Shown: positions 1-13,259 of the stretch, one piece after another
Position numbering within the stretch: position 1 is the stretch's first letter
Layout: every line of letters begins with the position of its first letter
NCBI GenBank assembly: GCA_039545335.1
Contig: BCIN01000002.1
Span: 1,315,118-1,379,117 of the forward strand
Source: Kondoa subrosea
Taxonomy: Eukaryota
Reading direction: 5' to 3'
Length of the DNA stretch: 64,000 nucleotides
Made by a program: the position numbers and the translations under genes
The notes under the pieces: model-generated
The model's database searches: none
What the model was told of the DNA's origin: nothing
Seen by the model: the letters and a program-made list of their open reading frames with translations, nothing else

Positions 1-549
1 TCCTAGCTGATATGTCTCAGATGATGAGCCAGAGCAGTTCCGACCGGAAAGATATCTGCAGCACAAGTATGGACTCAAGGAGGGCGTGTCTGAAGGAGGA
101 CAGAGGAATGATGTTATCTTTGGTGTTGGTAGGTGCCCGCTTTACTCTGTCCTTCTGCATGCCGAGCGCTTTCTAGGTCAACGAGCATGCCCTGGACGAG
201 TGATCGCTATGAACAGTCTTTACATAACAATACCGAAGCTGCTTTATGCGTACGTGACTTTTACAACCCTGCGAAGTTGTTGTCTTGAATTCGATACAGT
301 TTCAATTTTGAGCATGCCATCGATCCGAAGACAAATCAGCCCATCGAAGTCAAAGCCATGGATTTCCTGCCTGGCTTTCTCAGTTTCCCAACTCCATTCG
401 AATGCAAAGTAGGCGCTCCTCCTCCTTCTGTTATTGTTGCCCTAATTCAAGGCATGCAGATCACATGCCGGTCAGAAGCTATTGCGCGGGTTATCGAAGC
501 GGAGAATGAGAGTGTCGTAGAACTGCTCTCGAAATATAACGTAGAATAG
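1..549 (+). CDS. Cytochrome P450, 3' part (5' end outside window)
   Basis: Spliced exons give PEQFRPERY (PERF motif) and FGVG|QRACPG (heme Cys motif), then FNFEHAIDP...PTPFECK|ITCRS; stop TAG 547-549. Confidence 0.9.
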
Positions 550-573
550 ATACAATTCAAAGAGTATTGAAAC

Positions 574-2159
574 CTAGACAAGAGCCATCAAGGCTAACAT
601 TATTGCTAAAGTACCAGCCTTTGCTATGCCTCTCTGAGAACTTGATACACTGTCAGCTACTTGAAAGAGCTTTGAGGTTTCGGTTGCGCTGCTTGAAGAC
701 CTAGTTTTGCTGATCGAGTTTTCCAACGTTGAAACTCGCTCCGATGTTCTGCTCGATTTTGCGGCAGCCCCGGATGCTTCGCAAGGCAATGCAGCCAGAA
801 CCGCTAGGTCAATTTTGGTCTCTTGTTTTGCTTCCTTGAAGACCACAGTAGTAGGGGCGCCCAGTGCAACATCATTCAATGATTTCCCAGCTGTGAGCTT
901 GCCAGTATTTTGATCGAACTCGAACATCTGCAGCGATACGCCCTGCCCCTCGGCGTCACCTGAATTGACTACCGCAAGCTGTTTCCCATCTGCTGAAAGC
1001 GTCATGCCTCTTGGTATTATGCCTTCAGATGAGACGGGCTGGTCATCCCAAGCTTTAGTGATTGGTTTACCAGGATTTGTATGATCGATAGAGAAGACAG
1101 CTATTGACCCATTTGTACTATCTAGCCTTCTGTTTGATACGAGAAGCCATTTGTTGTTGGGAGAGGCGAGAATCTCAGCTGCGGCGTCCGTGGCTACTTC
1201 AGTAGCTGGTGTAGCCGGTGTAGCAGAAGTTGGAATAGTTGGTGTTCCGGCCAATAGAAGAGTAGCTTTGAATGCTTCATTTGTGTAGCAAATGGAGAAG
1301 GTATCAACAGTCTGTATATTTCAAAGTCAGAATTGTTTCCCCAACATGCAGGTGACAGCTTACATTGGAAATCTCATTCACGACATGAAGCCAAACATGC
1401 TCTGGTTCGCCTGTTGTGCCACCAATGGAGAAAACAGCGTGCCTCGGACCATTTCCACCTTCTGTAGGCACCGCCAAAGGTGGTGAAGGTATATCTGTTC
1501 ATGAGATCAGAAAGATTCGCGCTTGCAAGCAGGATATGCTCACCGTCCGCTTGATTCACAATCGCAAACTTAGATGCGAGCTCTGCAACGTGAATCACAT
1601 TCAATCCCAGATCAGGGATGACGGCAAATCGACCGGAAGGATCGACAACCACGCTGTGCGCTTTTGAAGTTTCAGGCGTCCCGAAGGGTGTATTGACAAC
1701 ATCTCCAAGGGTGCCAGAGCTTTCGACTGAGATTGAACTCAAACTGCCTTCTGAATATTGTGCGGTGAAAATAGAAGATTCGTCAGGTGACAGCGCAGAG
1801 TGTGAATATAGATCGATAGTCTTCCCGACTTGTGTCAAAGCACCAGCTTCGTCCACAGAGAAAGAAGATAAGGCTTATCACAGGATCAATGTTATACTTC
1901 TCAACCTTGCTAAAGGGAACAACACACTGCTTGCGTTTTCATCAGTAACAAAGAGTTTCTCTCCTTTACTATCTAGAGTGATCCAAGATCCTCCTGTTCC
2001 GCTTCCTTTCTCGTCTGCTAATGTCAAGCCAGGGAGTTTGACGGCCAGAACACCTTTGTCCACAGTGCCGGACAGAAGAAGAACTTGAGGTTCAGCTATA
2101 ATAGCTTGAGCCATGATCTGGACGAATAGACTTGCAGGAAATAGGATTGATATCAGCAT
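574..2159 (-). CDS. Lactonase / 6-phosphogluconolactonase-like 7-bladed beta-propeller, predicted secreted with hydrophobic C-terminal tail
   Basis: Motifs AHSVVVDPSGRFAVIPDLG, GPRH, LLVSNR, IPRGMTLSADGKQLAVVN; hydrophobic N-terminus; Ser/Thr-rich tail ending LAIMLALMALV. Confidence 0.8.
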
Positions 2160-2736
2160 CTCACTTTACAGAAAAGGAAGAGCTGGAAAACAGAAAGCCA
2201 AGCCAACGATAAAAAGGAAGAATTAGAAGGTCAGACGTTGGACGTTAAGATCAGGAGGAATACCATCACCAGACCAGCTGGTTGTCAAGAGCAACGGAGA
2301 ACGAGACAAAGGGAAATCGCTCCGAAACGGATTGACAAAAGCCCGAGCGAGAGTTAATCTGATAATCGATGCTACTCAGGACAGCGTCGAAGCCTGTGCA
2401 TTACGTCGTGTGGTATCCTAAGCATGCCAATACAGATGATCGTACTTGCGCAGTTGGTGCTTACTAAGCAAGAAGCAAAGTAATAGCTTCATGGTCCAGT
2501 AGCGCGTGCAAATTGACCTGTGAATGCACTACAGTCCACATTCATTTAAATCTATATCTCGAAGTTCGACGTCCAAAAGACAAGCCAAGGAAGATTTTTC
2601 AAATTTGTGCACTGCTCGTTCTGCCACGGTCAATACCCAAAAGCTTTGGACTGTCTTGAGGGATACCAGCTCCACTGCTCCGGCTCTGCGAACGCATAAG
2701 GTCCCCTCCTGAAAGCTCTCTCCCCTCCTGCAGACA

Positions 2737-5402
2737 ATGAATGCCCTAGGAGCGACATCGAAGCCAAGAGGTGCTCTGCTCATTGCAAACTTACCAGCTC
2801 TCCAAAATCTCATCAAGAGAGACCCTGCTGCCTATGCTGAAGAGTTTCAAATCCAATGGTCACATTACGAAAGTGTTAGGCAGATTTTCGAGCTTGGCTT
2901 GTCATCGGAAGGAGGAGCTGGCAAGATGAGAGAAGTCGAGAGTAATTGGAGAGATCTAGTCGGCTTCATTGCGCAAGTCGCACCCTGCTATCCCAAAGAA
3001 GCGGCTCAGTTTCCTACCCATTTGTCAAATCTACTACTCAACTCTCATACCGCTCTATCGCCTGATACTCGCAAGACTTTGGTGCAGAGTCTGGTGTTGC
3101 TGAGGAACCGATCAATGATGTCTGATGTTGAGTGAGTTGTGAAGCAAGATTCTACTACAGATATGTCTGATTACCATTTTGTAGATTGCTCAAGATTCTT
3201 TTCCCTCTGCTCGGAATGACTGCTTCTCCCAACCTTCGATCTTTCATCCTGAAGACTATCCTCTCTGACATCAAGACTGCGAACAAGAAAGGTAGCAATC
3301 ACAAGCTCAACAGATTAGTGCAAGGCCTTCTCTTCGATATGGTTCAACGCGGTATAGACGAGTCACCCTATGTCGAAGGCAGTGGTGTCACTCAGTCAAA
3401 ACGCAAGCACAACAACACGACTGTCAGCTCCTCCATCAGTGGTCGTGAAGCTATGTTAGCCGTAAAGCTGTCTTGCGAATTATGGAGAAAGAACATCTGG
3501 GCCGATGCAAAGACTGTTCAGATTGTCGCTCTTGCTTGCTTTCACCCAAATACTAAAGTTCAGAACGCCGCTATTCATTTCTTCTTGGCCACCGAAGGCG
3601 ACGATAATGGTGCAGAATCAGACGAAGAAACAGAAGCCGCCATTCCTGATATCAAGAAAGTCCTTCACCAGAACCGAATCAATAAGACTCGTCGTTCTAC
3701 AGTCAAGTATACAAAAAAGACAGTCAAAGAATCGCACAAAAAGAGAAAACGCAATGATCAAGCAGCAGCAGCTCGAGTCAACTTTTCAGCCGTCCATCTT
3801 CTCAATGATCCCCAAGATTTCGTTGAACGATTGTATGAGCAATTAGTAAAGCACGACAAGCATTTCACTCTGGAACATAAAGTCCTGATCATGCAACTCT
3901 TTGGTCGAGTTACCGGTCTCAACAGATTATGTGTTCTTGGTTTCTACTCCTACGCTACTAAATATCTTACTCATCATCAATTACAAGTCACTTCCATCCT
4001 CGTCGCACTCGCTTCTTCAGTGCATGAATTAACACCTCCTGATGTTCTTACACCAGTGATTCGAAAACTAGCACATGAATTCGTTCATCCCGGTGTGGCT
4101 TCCGAAGTGATTTCAGCTGGTTTGAACGCTATTCGAGAAATTTGTAGAAGACAACCTTTGTGCATGGAAAAAGATTTGTTGGAAGATTTAGTCGAATACA
4201 AGAAATCAAGAGATAAAGGTGTCATGATTGCTGCAAGAGCTTTGTTGGCTTTGTATAGAGAAGTGAACCCTGAATTACTTAGAAGAAGGGAGAGAGGGAA
4301 AGCGGCTTCTATGGCTCCGAAAGGAAAAGAACCGGCCGCTTTTGGTCATATTTCTTTACCTAGCGGTATTGAAGGTTTAGAGGTTCGTTTCCCTCGCAAT
4401 TTTGCTATATTTTCAGCTAAAAGACGATTGGAATGTCGAACAGCTACTTCAACAATATAAAGCCGAGAAAGCTGCTGCTGGGGAAGCTGTACCTGAAGGA
4501 GATGACGAAGCAGCCTGGAATGGCTGGGAGCAAGAATCCGATGGATCAGAGTTCGATAGCGATGGTCAAGGTTGGACCAATGTTGGTGATGGAGATAGCG
4601 ATATCGAACTTTCGGATAGTGATGAAGAAGAAGGCCCAAGCAAGCGAAAGAAGGTGAAGAAGGACAAAGAGTCAAAACTTGAGAAAGTACTCAAAGAAGA
4701 AGAAGAGGCTGAGCACAGCGATGATGATGGACCGATCAAATTCACTTTGGAAGACTCGGACGAGGAAGAGAACTCGGATGATGAGTCTGGGTCGGAAGGA
4801 GAGACCGTTGAAGCTGAAGCTGCAGCGCCTGCTATGTCTATCGAAGAACTAATGGCTTCTCAAGTGCGCTTTTCTCCGAAATTCTGTTCTCTAAGCTAAT
4901 GTGAAGGATAGATCCTCACGCCTGCTGACTTCGCCAAGCTAAACGAGTTGCGTCTTGAAGCTGCTGAAAAAGAAGCAGAGAACAGTGGTGGATCAGCAGC
5001 TCGAAGGAAACTTCAAGCACTTCAAGCAGCAAAGAAAGCCAGCGAAGCATCTGAATTCCTTACTGAAAACGAGATCATTGGTTTCAGAAAGCATCAAAAG
5101 GATGATTATGAGACACGTATGGCTTCGATTGAAAAGGGCAGAGAAGGTCGAGGCAAGTTTGGTTCAAAGAAGAACCAAATGAAGGTCGATAACCCAAGCT
5201 CTACTACCAACTTCGAGAAGAGCAAGAAGAAGAACTTCATGATGATAGCGCATTCGAACAAGGTGAGCTTGAAGTGTCGATTTGATGATCAAGATCTGAT
5301 CTTTATAACACAAAGGTCCGTGGAAAGGCACATGCGTCACTCAGAGACAAGCAGAAGAAGCTGCGCTCGCATATTGGCAAGCAGAAGAACCGCATGAAAT
5401 AG
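2737..5402 (+). CDS. SDA1: SDA1 ribosome biogenesis protein
   Basis: NLPALQNLIKRDPAAYAEEF N-terminus, GLNAIREICRRQP, acidic region, STTNFEKSKKKNFMM C-terminal motif; spliced end ...RSHIGKQKNRMK stop 5400-5402. Confidence 0.93.
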
Positions 5403-5588
5403 TGCTACGGTCGTGTCAACTTGTGACATTGCAATTTTGAGCGGATTTGTGTATATTTCGCAGTCTACGCGTCCGTTCCGATGTTCTATAAACATATGTC
5501 ACTCCTTTAACGAGCTACACGCGAGTTTTGAGCATCTTGACTTCATCAACGTCACCTTTGTTGATTTTCTACAACCATTTTCTCACAG

Positions 5589-8500
5589 ATGTCGCAGGAG
5601 CCTCTCGCTTCTCGCTTTAAGCGCTTGGAAGACACCAGGGACAGTAGTCCTGACTTTTCCTTTGCTCCTCCTACCTCAGCTCAGCCGATGAATGATTTGT
5701 CCAAGAAACAAGTGGATTCCTCGAAGGAAATGAATATCGATGACTCGGGGTTCCAGCAAGCTCCAGATATGACCAAGGACGCCGAAGAGGTCGATATGGA
5801 CATTGAAGAAGAGGACGAGCTGGCTCCTTCACCAGCTCCCAATTCTGCTGCTGCGGGCTCTGCTAGTTTGCCTCAAACTTCTGCTTCTCCTCTTCCTATC
5901 TTGCCAGTTCTTGCTTCTCTAGCTAGTCCTCCGCCAGCTCCAACTGACGACTCGCCTTTCGACCATCAGGGCAAGATAGGTCATCGAGCACCGTTCAGAT
6001 TCGCTCAACCTGCCAGCACGCCCGCAAGCAACAACAAGATCAGCTTTCCCACTGCTACAGTCACGACATCAGGAGTATCTGCGCCTGCTGAAGGTCCTAT
6101 GTTGCCGCCGGCCCGGCCTGTCAGCTTTGGCGAACGATCAGCTTCACCAAATTTGAATGTTTTTGCTCAGCCTAGCCCGTCGTCTTCTGCTCAGAGGTCT
6201 GCTGTTATCTAAAGGGCCCAATACGATACTGACGCTGATCTAGACTCGTCTCGACGGAAATCGCATCGAAAGCACATGCCTTAGCTAAACCGTCTTTGCC
6301 TAAATTGATGAGCGGCACTTTCAAGAGTACCAGCACATCCATTTCATCAAACAGTCCAGCTATTCCAGCACGTTTGTCAGCTGTTCCATCTCAGCCCAAC
6401 AAGGGCGCACTACCAGCTTCTACTTCTGCGCCAACAACGTCGACACCATCTCGAACATCAGCGACCCAGAGTGCCGCTATTTCAGATGATCTGCGGACTT
6501 TTGAGATGCCCACACAGCCAATCGTGCAGTCACAGCGAATTGCAGCCAAACCGCCTACTTTGCATACCTTGCCATTACCGACAGTCGCTCGATCTGTCGC
6601 ACGAGCTCCCAAACCGCCTTCAGCTCCCGAACTTCGACGTACGGCTGCAAGTCGCAATCCATCTGGCCAATCTTCTCAGCGTAGTCACTCACCTCATGCA
6701 TCGCTTGCTTTATTACCTCAACCTACTATTCAACCTAATGAGCAAGTAACGACTTGGTTGCGTAATCAGACACCATCGGGTACAGTAGCACCGGGAAGAG
6801 CTTCGTCTATTATGTCCGAAAGCGAGCGCGAGAGAAAACGAATATCTCGTGCTAGTTTTGTTGCCGCATTTTCAGAGCCTAGAGGCGAAGAAAATGATGA
6901 TCCTGACACAGATGATTGGAAGGGTATTCTCGAAACTCAGATCAGACAGATTGTAAGTCATACCAGCTTGAAAGAGAAATTAGCTTTGGTTGTGAGTCCT
7001 CTTCTCTACTGGATGATCTCGAGTTGACGAGGAAGGCATTGATAGAATGAACAAAATGCTCGCTTAAAAGAAGAATTGGCTACTAGAGACAAGAAGGTCA
7101 GCCTTTTGGAGCAAGAAAAACGTCAAGTTGCTCGTCTAGCTGCAGAAAAGGTCAAGTCAGCTTTACATTCGTGAGGTTCATGTATCTTCAATCTCCAATC
7201 TCTGACTGACTTCTTGCAGCATGGACTCCATTGCTCTGGAGAACGCAAACCTGAAAGAAGAGCTCATGACCGCTATTGAGCGTTATCAAGGTCTTTGCGA
7301 GACCCAAGCGGAAGATATGGTTCACCATCAAGAAGAGACTAAAGAAGCCATGAAGAGCCTTTCATTCTTTGTCGAGGGCGATGGCCGTATGATCATTGAG
7401 CAAAACGAAAGTTCACGCTTTGAAGTACTTCGAGAGCAAATGGAAACCATTGAAAGTCGTAACTCTGCTCTTTGCTGCTCATTGGAATCGGCTGATAAGT
7501 ATGAACAGAACGTAACGTCGCTTCTATGCTTCGAGAACAACTAGAGAACAAAATTGGCGAGATTACCGAATTGAGGCAAAGAGCTGATCGCTTGCAGAGC
7601 AAGATAATTGGCGTACGTGCGAGCCAGTCCAATGTTCATGTAAGCCCACTGAAAATGTTCCCCTTTCTTTCAGCCGGCCAATCATGCGACGGCATTAGCG
7701 AAGAATATCGTAGAATTGCAAAGCCAATACAAAGCTGATCAAGCAGCCTGGCTACAGCAGTCAACTTTGATGCAGTGTCAACTAGTCAAGCTGCAGCAAG
7801 AAAAAGATTCGCTTACTGCAAATGTCGAATCTCTACGCATTGAGTAAGTCACTTCGTTCAGGTGCTATAGCATGAGCTTGACTGCCAATTTAGCTCTTCC
7901 AGGACCATCGAACACCTCAGATCGCAGCTAGCAGCAGTCGAAACTGATTCTGCAGCTCATGAACGCGAAAAGGCTTCCTTACAGACCGAGTAAGTGAGGT
8001 CCCCACCATCGTTGGTCCTCCCTGATAAGCCCATAGTATTGCCACGCATAAAGCTACATCGGAAGCTGCTTTGGTTAGAAATGAGATGTTGGAAGAGCGT
8101 CTTCACCAGCTTCAATCTCTAATGTGAGTACAAATTGTCGCCGTCCAGGAAGCCTACTGAATCTAATATAGCGGCCAGCTGCAAGAACGAGATTCTGCAG
8201 TCGATGTCGTTGAACGCATTCGTCAGGAGTAAGTCTTGTTTCGTCCAAAGCGTGCATACGCTAATTTGGTCAATAGAACCGGTCAAACTATTACTCAGCT
8301 TAGAGAACGCCTCGATGAGTCATATGCTTCTGCTGCCAAATCGGAAAAAAGCACTGCTGTGCTGGAAACCGAGTAGGTTTGTTCAATTTTGTCGGCCGCA
8401 GCTGATTTTGCTTGAGCAGGAAACTTAATACACAGAAGGCTTTGGACACTGCTCGAGATCAGATTAAAGCTCTGGAGGAGGAAGTGGAGACACTCCGACC

Positions 8501-10908
8501 TTTGATGTAGGCTCAAACCCCTGGTATTGTCTGCAGTGATATCTTACCTTTCGGTGCAGCTCTCAACTATCCGACCACAAGCGAATGACAGAAGAACTGG
8601 CATCTTTGAAGCGGGCATCTGCCCTCTATCATAGTCAATTGGATGCAGTCGAGGCATCCAAAATCGCTCTAGCGGCCAAACTCGATCTACTGCAAGATAC
8701 CAATGCTACTTTACAGCAGCGGTGTGAAGACAAAGCTACTTTGGAGTCTGAGTTGGTCCATAGCCTGACCGGCTGTCCCTCAGGCTGACGAACATTCAGG
8801 CTTGCCTCTGTGCGACTATCGCTTAATGAGAAGTCTGAACAGCTTTCCGCCTCAACAGCATCACTCAACGCTCTGCAGGACTCCAAGTGAGTCATGAACG
8901 ATAATCGGTTATTACTACTGAACCATGCCACAGAAGGCAGCTAGAAGAGGCCAAACAGCGAAATCAAGAGCTCGTCGAACAAACAGGCGCTCTGACTATT
9001 CAAATGAACGAGTACTCTCACGCTGACTCTGATGTGAAGTCACTGCAAAATCGCAATATTGCTTTGCAGGAAAAAGTTGATAAAATTCCAGCCTTACAAG
9101 CAGAGTAAGCAGTGCTCAAGTGGCGCAGATATGTACTGATCATCGATCTGTTGTAGTCTGATGACAGCAAAGTCTTTGCTAGCAGATCGCGATGATCGGC
9201 TTTCGAAGGCTCAGACAATGTTGCTCGAGCATCAGGCCTTGAAAGATCGGACAGTAGCTCTCGATGCGCAAATTCAGACGCTACACGGTACTCTAGAGAA
9301 GGCGGAAACCACAGTATCAGAGCTTCGAAATGTAGCCAAGCAGGCAGAAATCGATCTAGCTGTAGCAGCGGGAGAAGTCCGAGCCCTACACGAGGGGAGG
9401 GCTGATCTTTCACAGCGTTTGCAGGTATTTACTTCTGTTACACTCGTTGAGACGTAGCTTGACGAGCAATTTAGGATGCCGAAGTTTCTAGGAAGAATGC
9501 GCTTGCCGAGCTTGACCAAACTCGTTCAGACCTGTCTACTCTTCGTGATCAGCTGAAGAGCACTGAAAACGAGCTTTCTAACGCGAGCAAGAAGGTGGAT
9601 GCTTTGCTCCAGTACGAACAATCGGCCTCTTCTGCCCAGATTGATGTAGCTGTTCTCCAATCGAAACTTGACGTCGAGCGCAAGACGTGTGAAGATCTTC
9701 GCATTGAAGTAAGTGCTGAGGTGTTCTTCGCTGTCACCTGACCGAAGTATATGACAGATCAGGTCTCTCGAGATCGAGCGACAATCGACTATTGATGATA
9801 TTGCCAATCTGCGTTCTCAAATCCTCACTTTGGAAGCTTTACAATCTGTATCGGCCGGAAGTAACGATACCTGGCAGGCAGGTAAACAAAGCCTTGAAGA
9901 TCAGCTTGCTGTTTTGCAGAACGAGCTGGGCGCGAAGAACGAAGATTTGGCGATAAGTGACTCGCGATGCATCGAATTGTCAGAACAAGCGTCTACTGCT
10001 GCGGAACAAATTGAAGAGCACATGTCTCGTGCTATAACTTGGGCAGCAGAGAAAGAAGAATTGGAGAACCAGGTTGCTCAGCTAACAGCTGACTTGAATG
10101 CCGCAAAGGAGTCTGTACAGCAGCAAGAACAAGCTCAAGAATCTGACGAGGTGCATAGCAAGATTGAACTCATGCTCAAGCTGACAAGTTCAGCAGGCGA
10201 AAGATAGACGAGAGCGTGAGATCCGTCAATGTATGTTCTAGTTTTTGTGTCTGTAGATTACAACTAATCCAGTCAATCTAGTGACATTGAAGACCGCAAA
10301 GCAGATGCACGAGCGCGAGCTTGCCGTGAAAGAGAATGAGATCAAACGCCTGCAGAACAAACTGAACGATATGCAAAAGCGCCTTCAGAGTTTCAGCACG
10401 TGAGTGCAGTATATCGCTTAATTACGGATTCTATTCACATACTACAGCGAGCCCGTTCCCCAGAAGGGTTCGACTACTAGACGCGGTAAGTCGCTTTCCA
10501 AGGTTCATTGAATACAGGTGAGGATGTTGTAACAGTCATTCAACAAGAAGCGGAAAGTCAAGAGGGATCGGTTGCTGGCAACACCTCCCGTACTACTGCT
10601 GCCGTTGCTGTTACTCAAGCATCCACATCGAAGGCGGTCGATAAACCGGCATCGGGCGGCAAGAAGCCACAATCGGGCGTCGAATCTGAGCTGTCTGAGA
10701 TTGAAGACTTTGATGAGGCCGAAGAGGAGAAGAACAAAACTCAATCGGGTCCGCGCAAACGACGAAAAGCCAATGAGAGTGAAATGGTGATTGGATCCTC
10801 TAGAACGCGAAGGGTAGGTGCATTCTGTTCTTTTGGTTAATTTGCTGACGAATGATGTAGCCTCGCACTGCTTCTGCCTTGAATGCTCAAAAGACCAAGA
10901 AGCGTTAA
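5589..10908 (+). CDS. Large multi-exon coiled-coil protein with Ser/Pro-rich N-terminus and basic C-terminal tail; function unknown
   Basis: Chain of short exons with GT-AG introns encoding heptad-rich E/Q/L/K sequence from ~6950 to 10400; ends RKRRK...KTKKR stop 10906-10908. Confidence 0.7.
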
Positions 10909-11070
10909 GTACAGTAGCTAAAATCTTGTTTCAAATCCATGCATCATAACGCCTTGCGGCATATGATATCCATTACATGTTAATACATTGACCCTCACTT
11001 CCTTAGCGAGAACCCATCTTGGACGAGAGATCTGCTGCGCGCTGCGAAAGAGAATCAGCTACGGCTCTAC

Positions 11071-11996
11071 TCAAGAAGCAGCAGGGAGGACCTCTGCGGC
11101 TTTGCATGCCAACTTGTTTGCCAGTTTGTTGTATTTGCGTGGTAACCGACAGAAGCCTACGTCCATTGTCCCTTCCTGACCAGTCACAATCTTGTCTAGT
11201 CGACGCCAGAGATCTTGATTAAGGACATCCGTCTTCTCGTACGTTCGCCATCCATTCAGCTGAGTAAGTCTCCGGTCAAAAGGACTCATTGGTATGCGAT
11301 GTTATTTGCTCACTTTCCACCTCCCAATCCAATGGGTTATGCCGTAGTAGCAGATTTCGGAATCCGTTGCGATCACAACAGCTTTTCTATCCCTTTTGAA
11401 CGGCTTGTCGTGTGAGAAGGTTTGAGGAGATGATAATCGAGGAGTATGCCGACGCAAATGTAATAAACCATAAATAGCAGCCAGGAGTTCAGCTCGCGTA
11501 CTAGTCCTTGTATTATGCCCATCCATTCGAAGGTCAACACGACAAGAGAGTTGATGCTGTTTTCTCTCGCCTATTGCTATACCTATTCCAGATTTAGCGA
11601 TAGATTGACCATTGTTCAAACAAGATCCATCGACGAAAGCGATTAGATAATGATGATCGCAAACAGACGAGTTGGATTTGTCATTAGATGACGGTATATA
11701 GAAGCGTTGACATTGAAGACATTCTTCCTAGAATTTATCGACTGGCTCGATTTGATCAAGAGTAAGCTTGCGCTTCTGGATTGTAGGTTCGATGATCAGG
11801 TACCTGATCTGATGAGCTGAAGAGATAGGACTGTGAATTGCTGCACCATAAGAAGCGATGGTTGATCGATTTGATCTTGGTGCAACAGTAAAACCTCTCC
11901 TAATGAGCATCTCCGGTTGAGAAAGCGAGAGCAGATGTTGCTTTTGAGAATGAGTGAGAGAATGGCAAAAGATTGGCAGAAGCGGAAGGGAACCAT
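11071..11996 (-). CDS. Ribonuclease H-like protein (RNase HI fold)
   Basis: AFVDGSCLNNG, TSTRAELLAAI, IATDSE, WIGRWK|LNGW, VLNQDLW, NKLANKLA; start codon uncertain. Confidence 0.85.
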
Positions 11997-12247
11997 GCGA
12001 TTGCGAACAAAAGAACGTCTGAGAGCAGAGAAAAGAGTCTGATAGACATTATAGATTAGCAGCTGAATCTTGGGACAGATCTAAGAAGAAGCTCTACTTG
12101 AGCAGACACGCGAAAGGTCACAAGATGATCACCGTTAATGAAAGACCGCACTTTCGTGAAATATTGAACTCTTTTACAATTTGGGATTGAGCAGCGGTGA
12201 CAACATGTGCATACAAGACTGCCCTGGATCTGATCATCTCGGCATCT

Positions 12248-12637
12248 TCAAACATCGACTTCGTTCAATTCTGATGCTCTGTACGACGAGTTCAATCAAA
12301 TATGGCCGTTGGATATACACACAGCACGTACTTCTTCAGGACAGGGTTACCATTATCCTGCTCAATCTCGACTGCTGGGTTGTCTGTCGATTGATGCAAT
12401 TAGAGCCACATCAGAGCTGCTCTAGCAATCTAGCTCACCTTCAGTTCCTTTCTGTTTACAATCTCATGAGTCTCAGACATACGCGCAGGAGGTTATAATA
12501 CTGACCTTCTTGATTGGCTTGCCATTCTTTGATTCGATCTCATGTGTGTCTTCAACGACGTCCTTGACTGTTCCCTCAGGTTGGCCGCTGCCCCAATTCC
12601 AGCTAACAGTGTCTCCTTTCTTTACTTGGTCTGCCAT
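12248..12637 (-). CDS. HVA1/DUF2945 family small Tudor-like protein (75 aa, 4 exons)
   Basis: Exons 12637-12506, 12451-12439, 12383-12332 and 12278-12248 give MADQVKKGDTVSWNWGSGQPEGTVKDVVEDTHEIESKNGKPIKKKGTEDNPAVEIEQDNGNPVLKKASELNEVDV; all introns GT-AG. Confidence 0.88.
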
Positions 12638-13259
12638 TGAATTTGCTTGCGATATTGTCGAGGTTCAAGAAATCGAGCAACCATTTTGGGAATGTTGTTG
12701 TTGTCATCGATCCGCTCAGTGGTGCCTGAAATCGCTTCTGTACTGCAATCGGTATCTCAGCTCGTTACTCGCGAAGATCGCACAGAGAAAGCGCCGCTCT
12801 AGCTTCGCTGCAATACATGACGAAATCAAAAGAAAGCTCTCCTGCTGCTGACTAAGCAATTCCTGATGCCCGCGAAATATGATGATTCTTCCTTTCATGC
12901 GTGCAGTGCCAGAAAAAATCTGATAGAAGCACTATAGGCGAACTTGTCGATGGAATGAAGGCTGGCTTTGCATTGAAGCAAAAGTAAGACATTCTTATCA
13001 TTCGAGACGAAGTTATCCCTATGTTGCCAGCAAATAGAGCTCATTCCATCGTATGGCGCGGAAGCAAATCTACCTCACTGCTCAGGCAGGATCCTTCTTC
13101 CAAGCTATAATACCGCAAGTCAAAAGACCTTGCGACTCTTGGCTTTCTTCCTCTTGCTTCTCTACCTGCTTTCTCACCTTGCACCAGAATAGCACATTAT
13201 CAGTCAGTTTCCTGTTCTTCGTCGTCTCCTAGCTTTATCGGTAAATTGTCTCGACATAT

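Noticed and set aside
11071..11996. RNase H as evidence of a retrotransposon
   Set aside because: No RT, integrase, gag, LTRs or target-site duplication nearby, and the gene has spliceosomal introns
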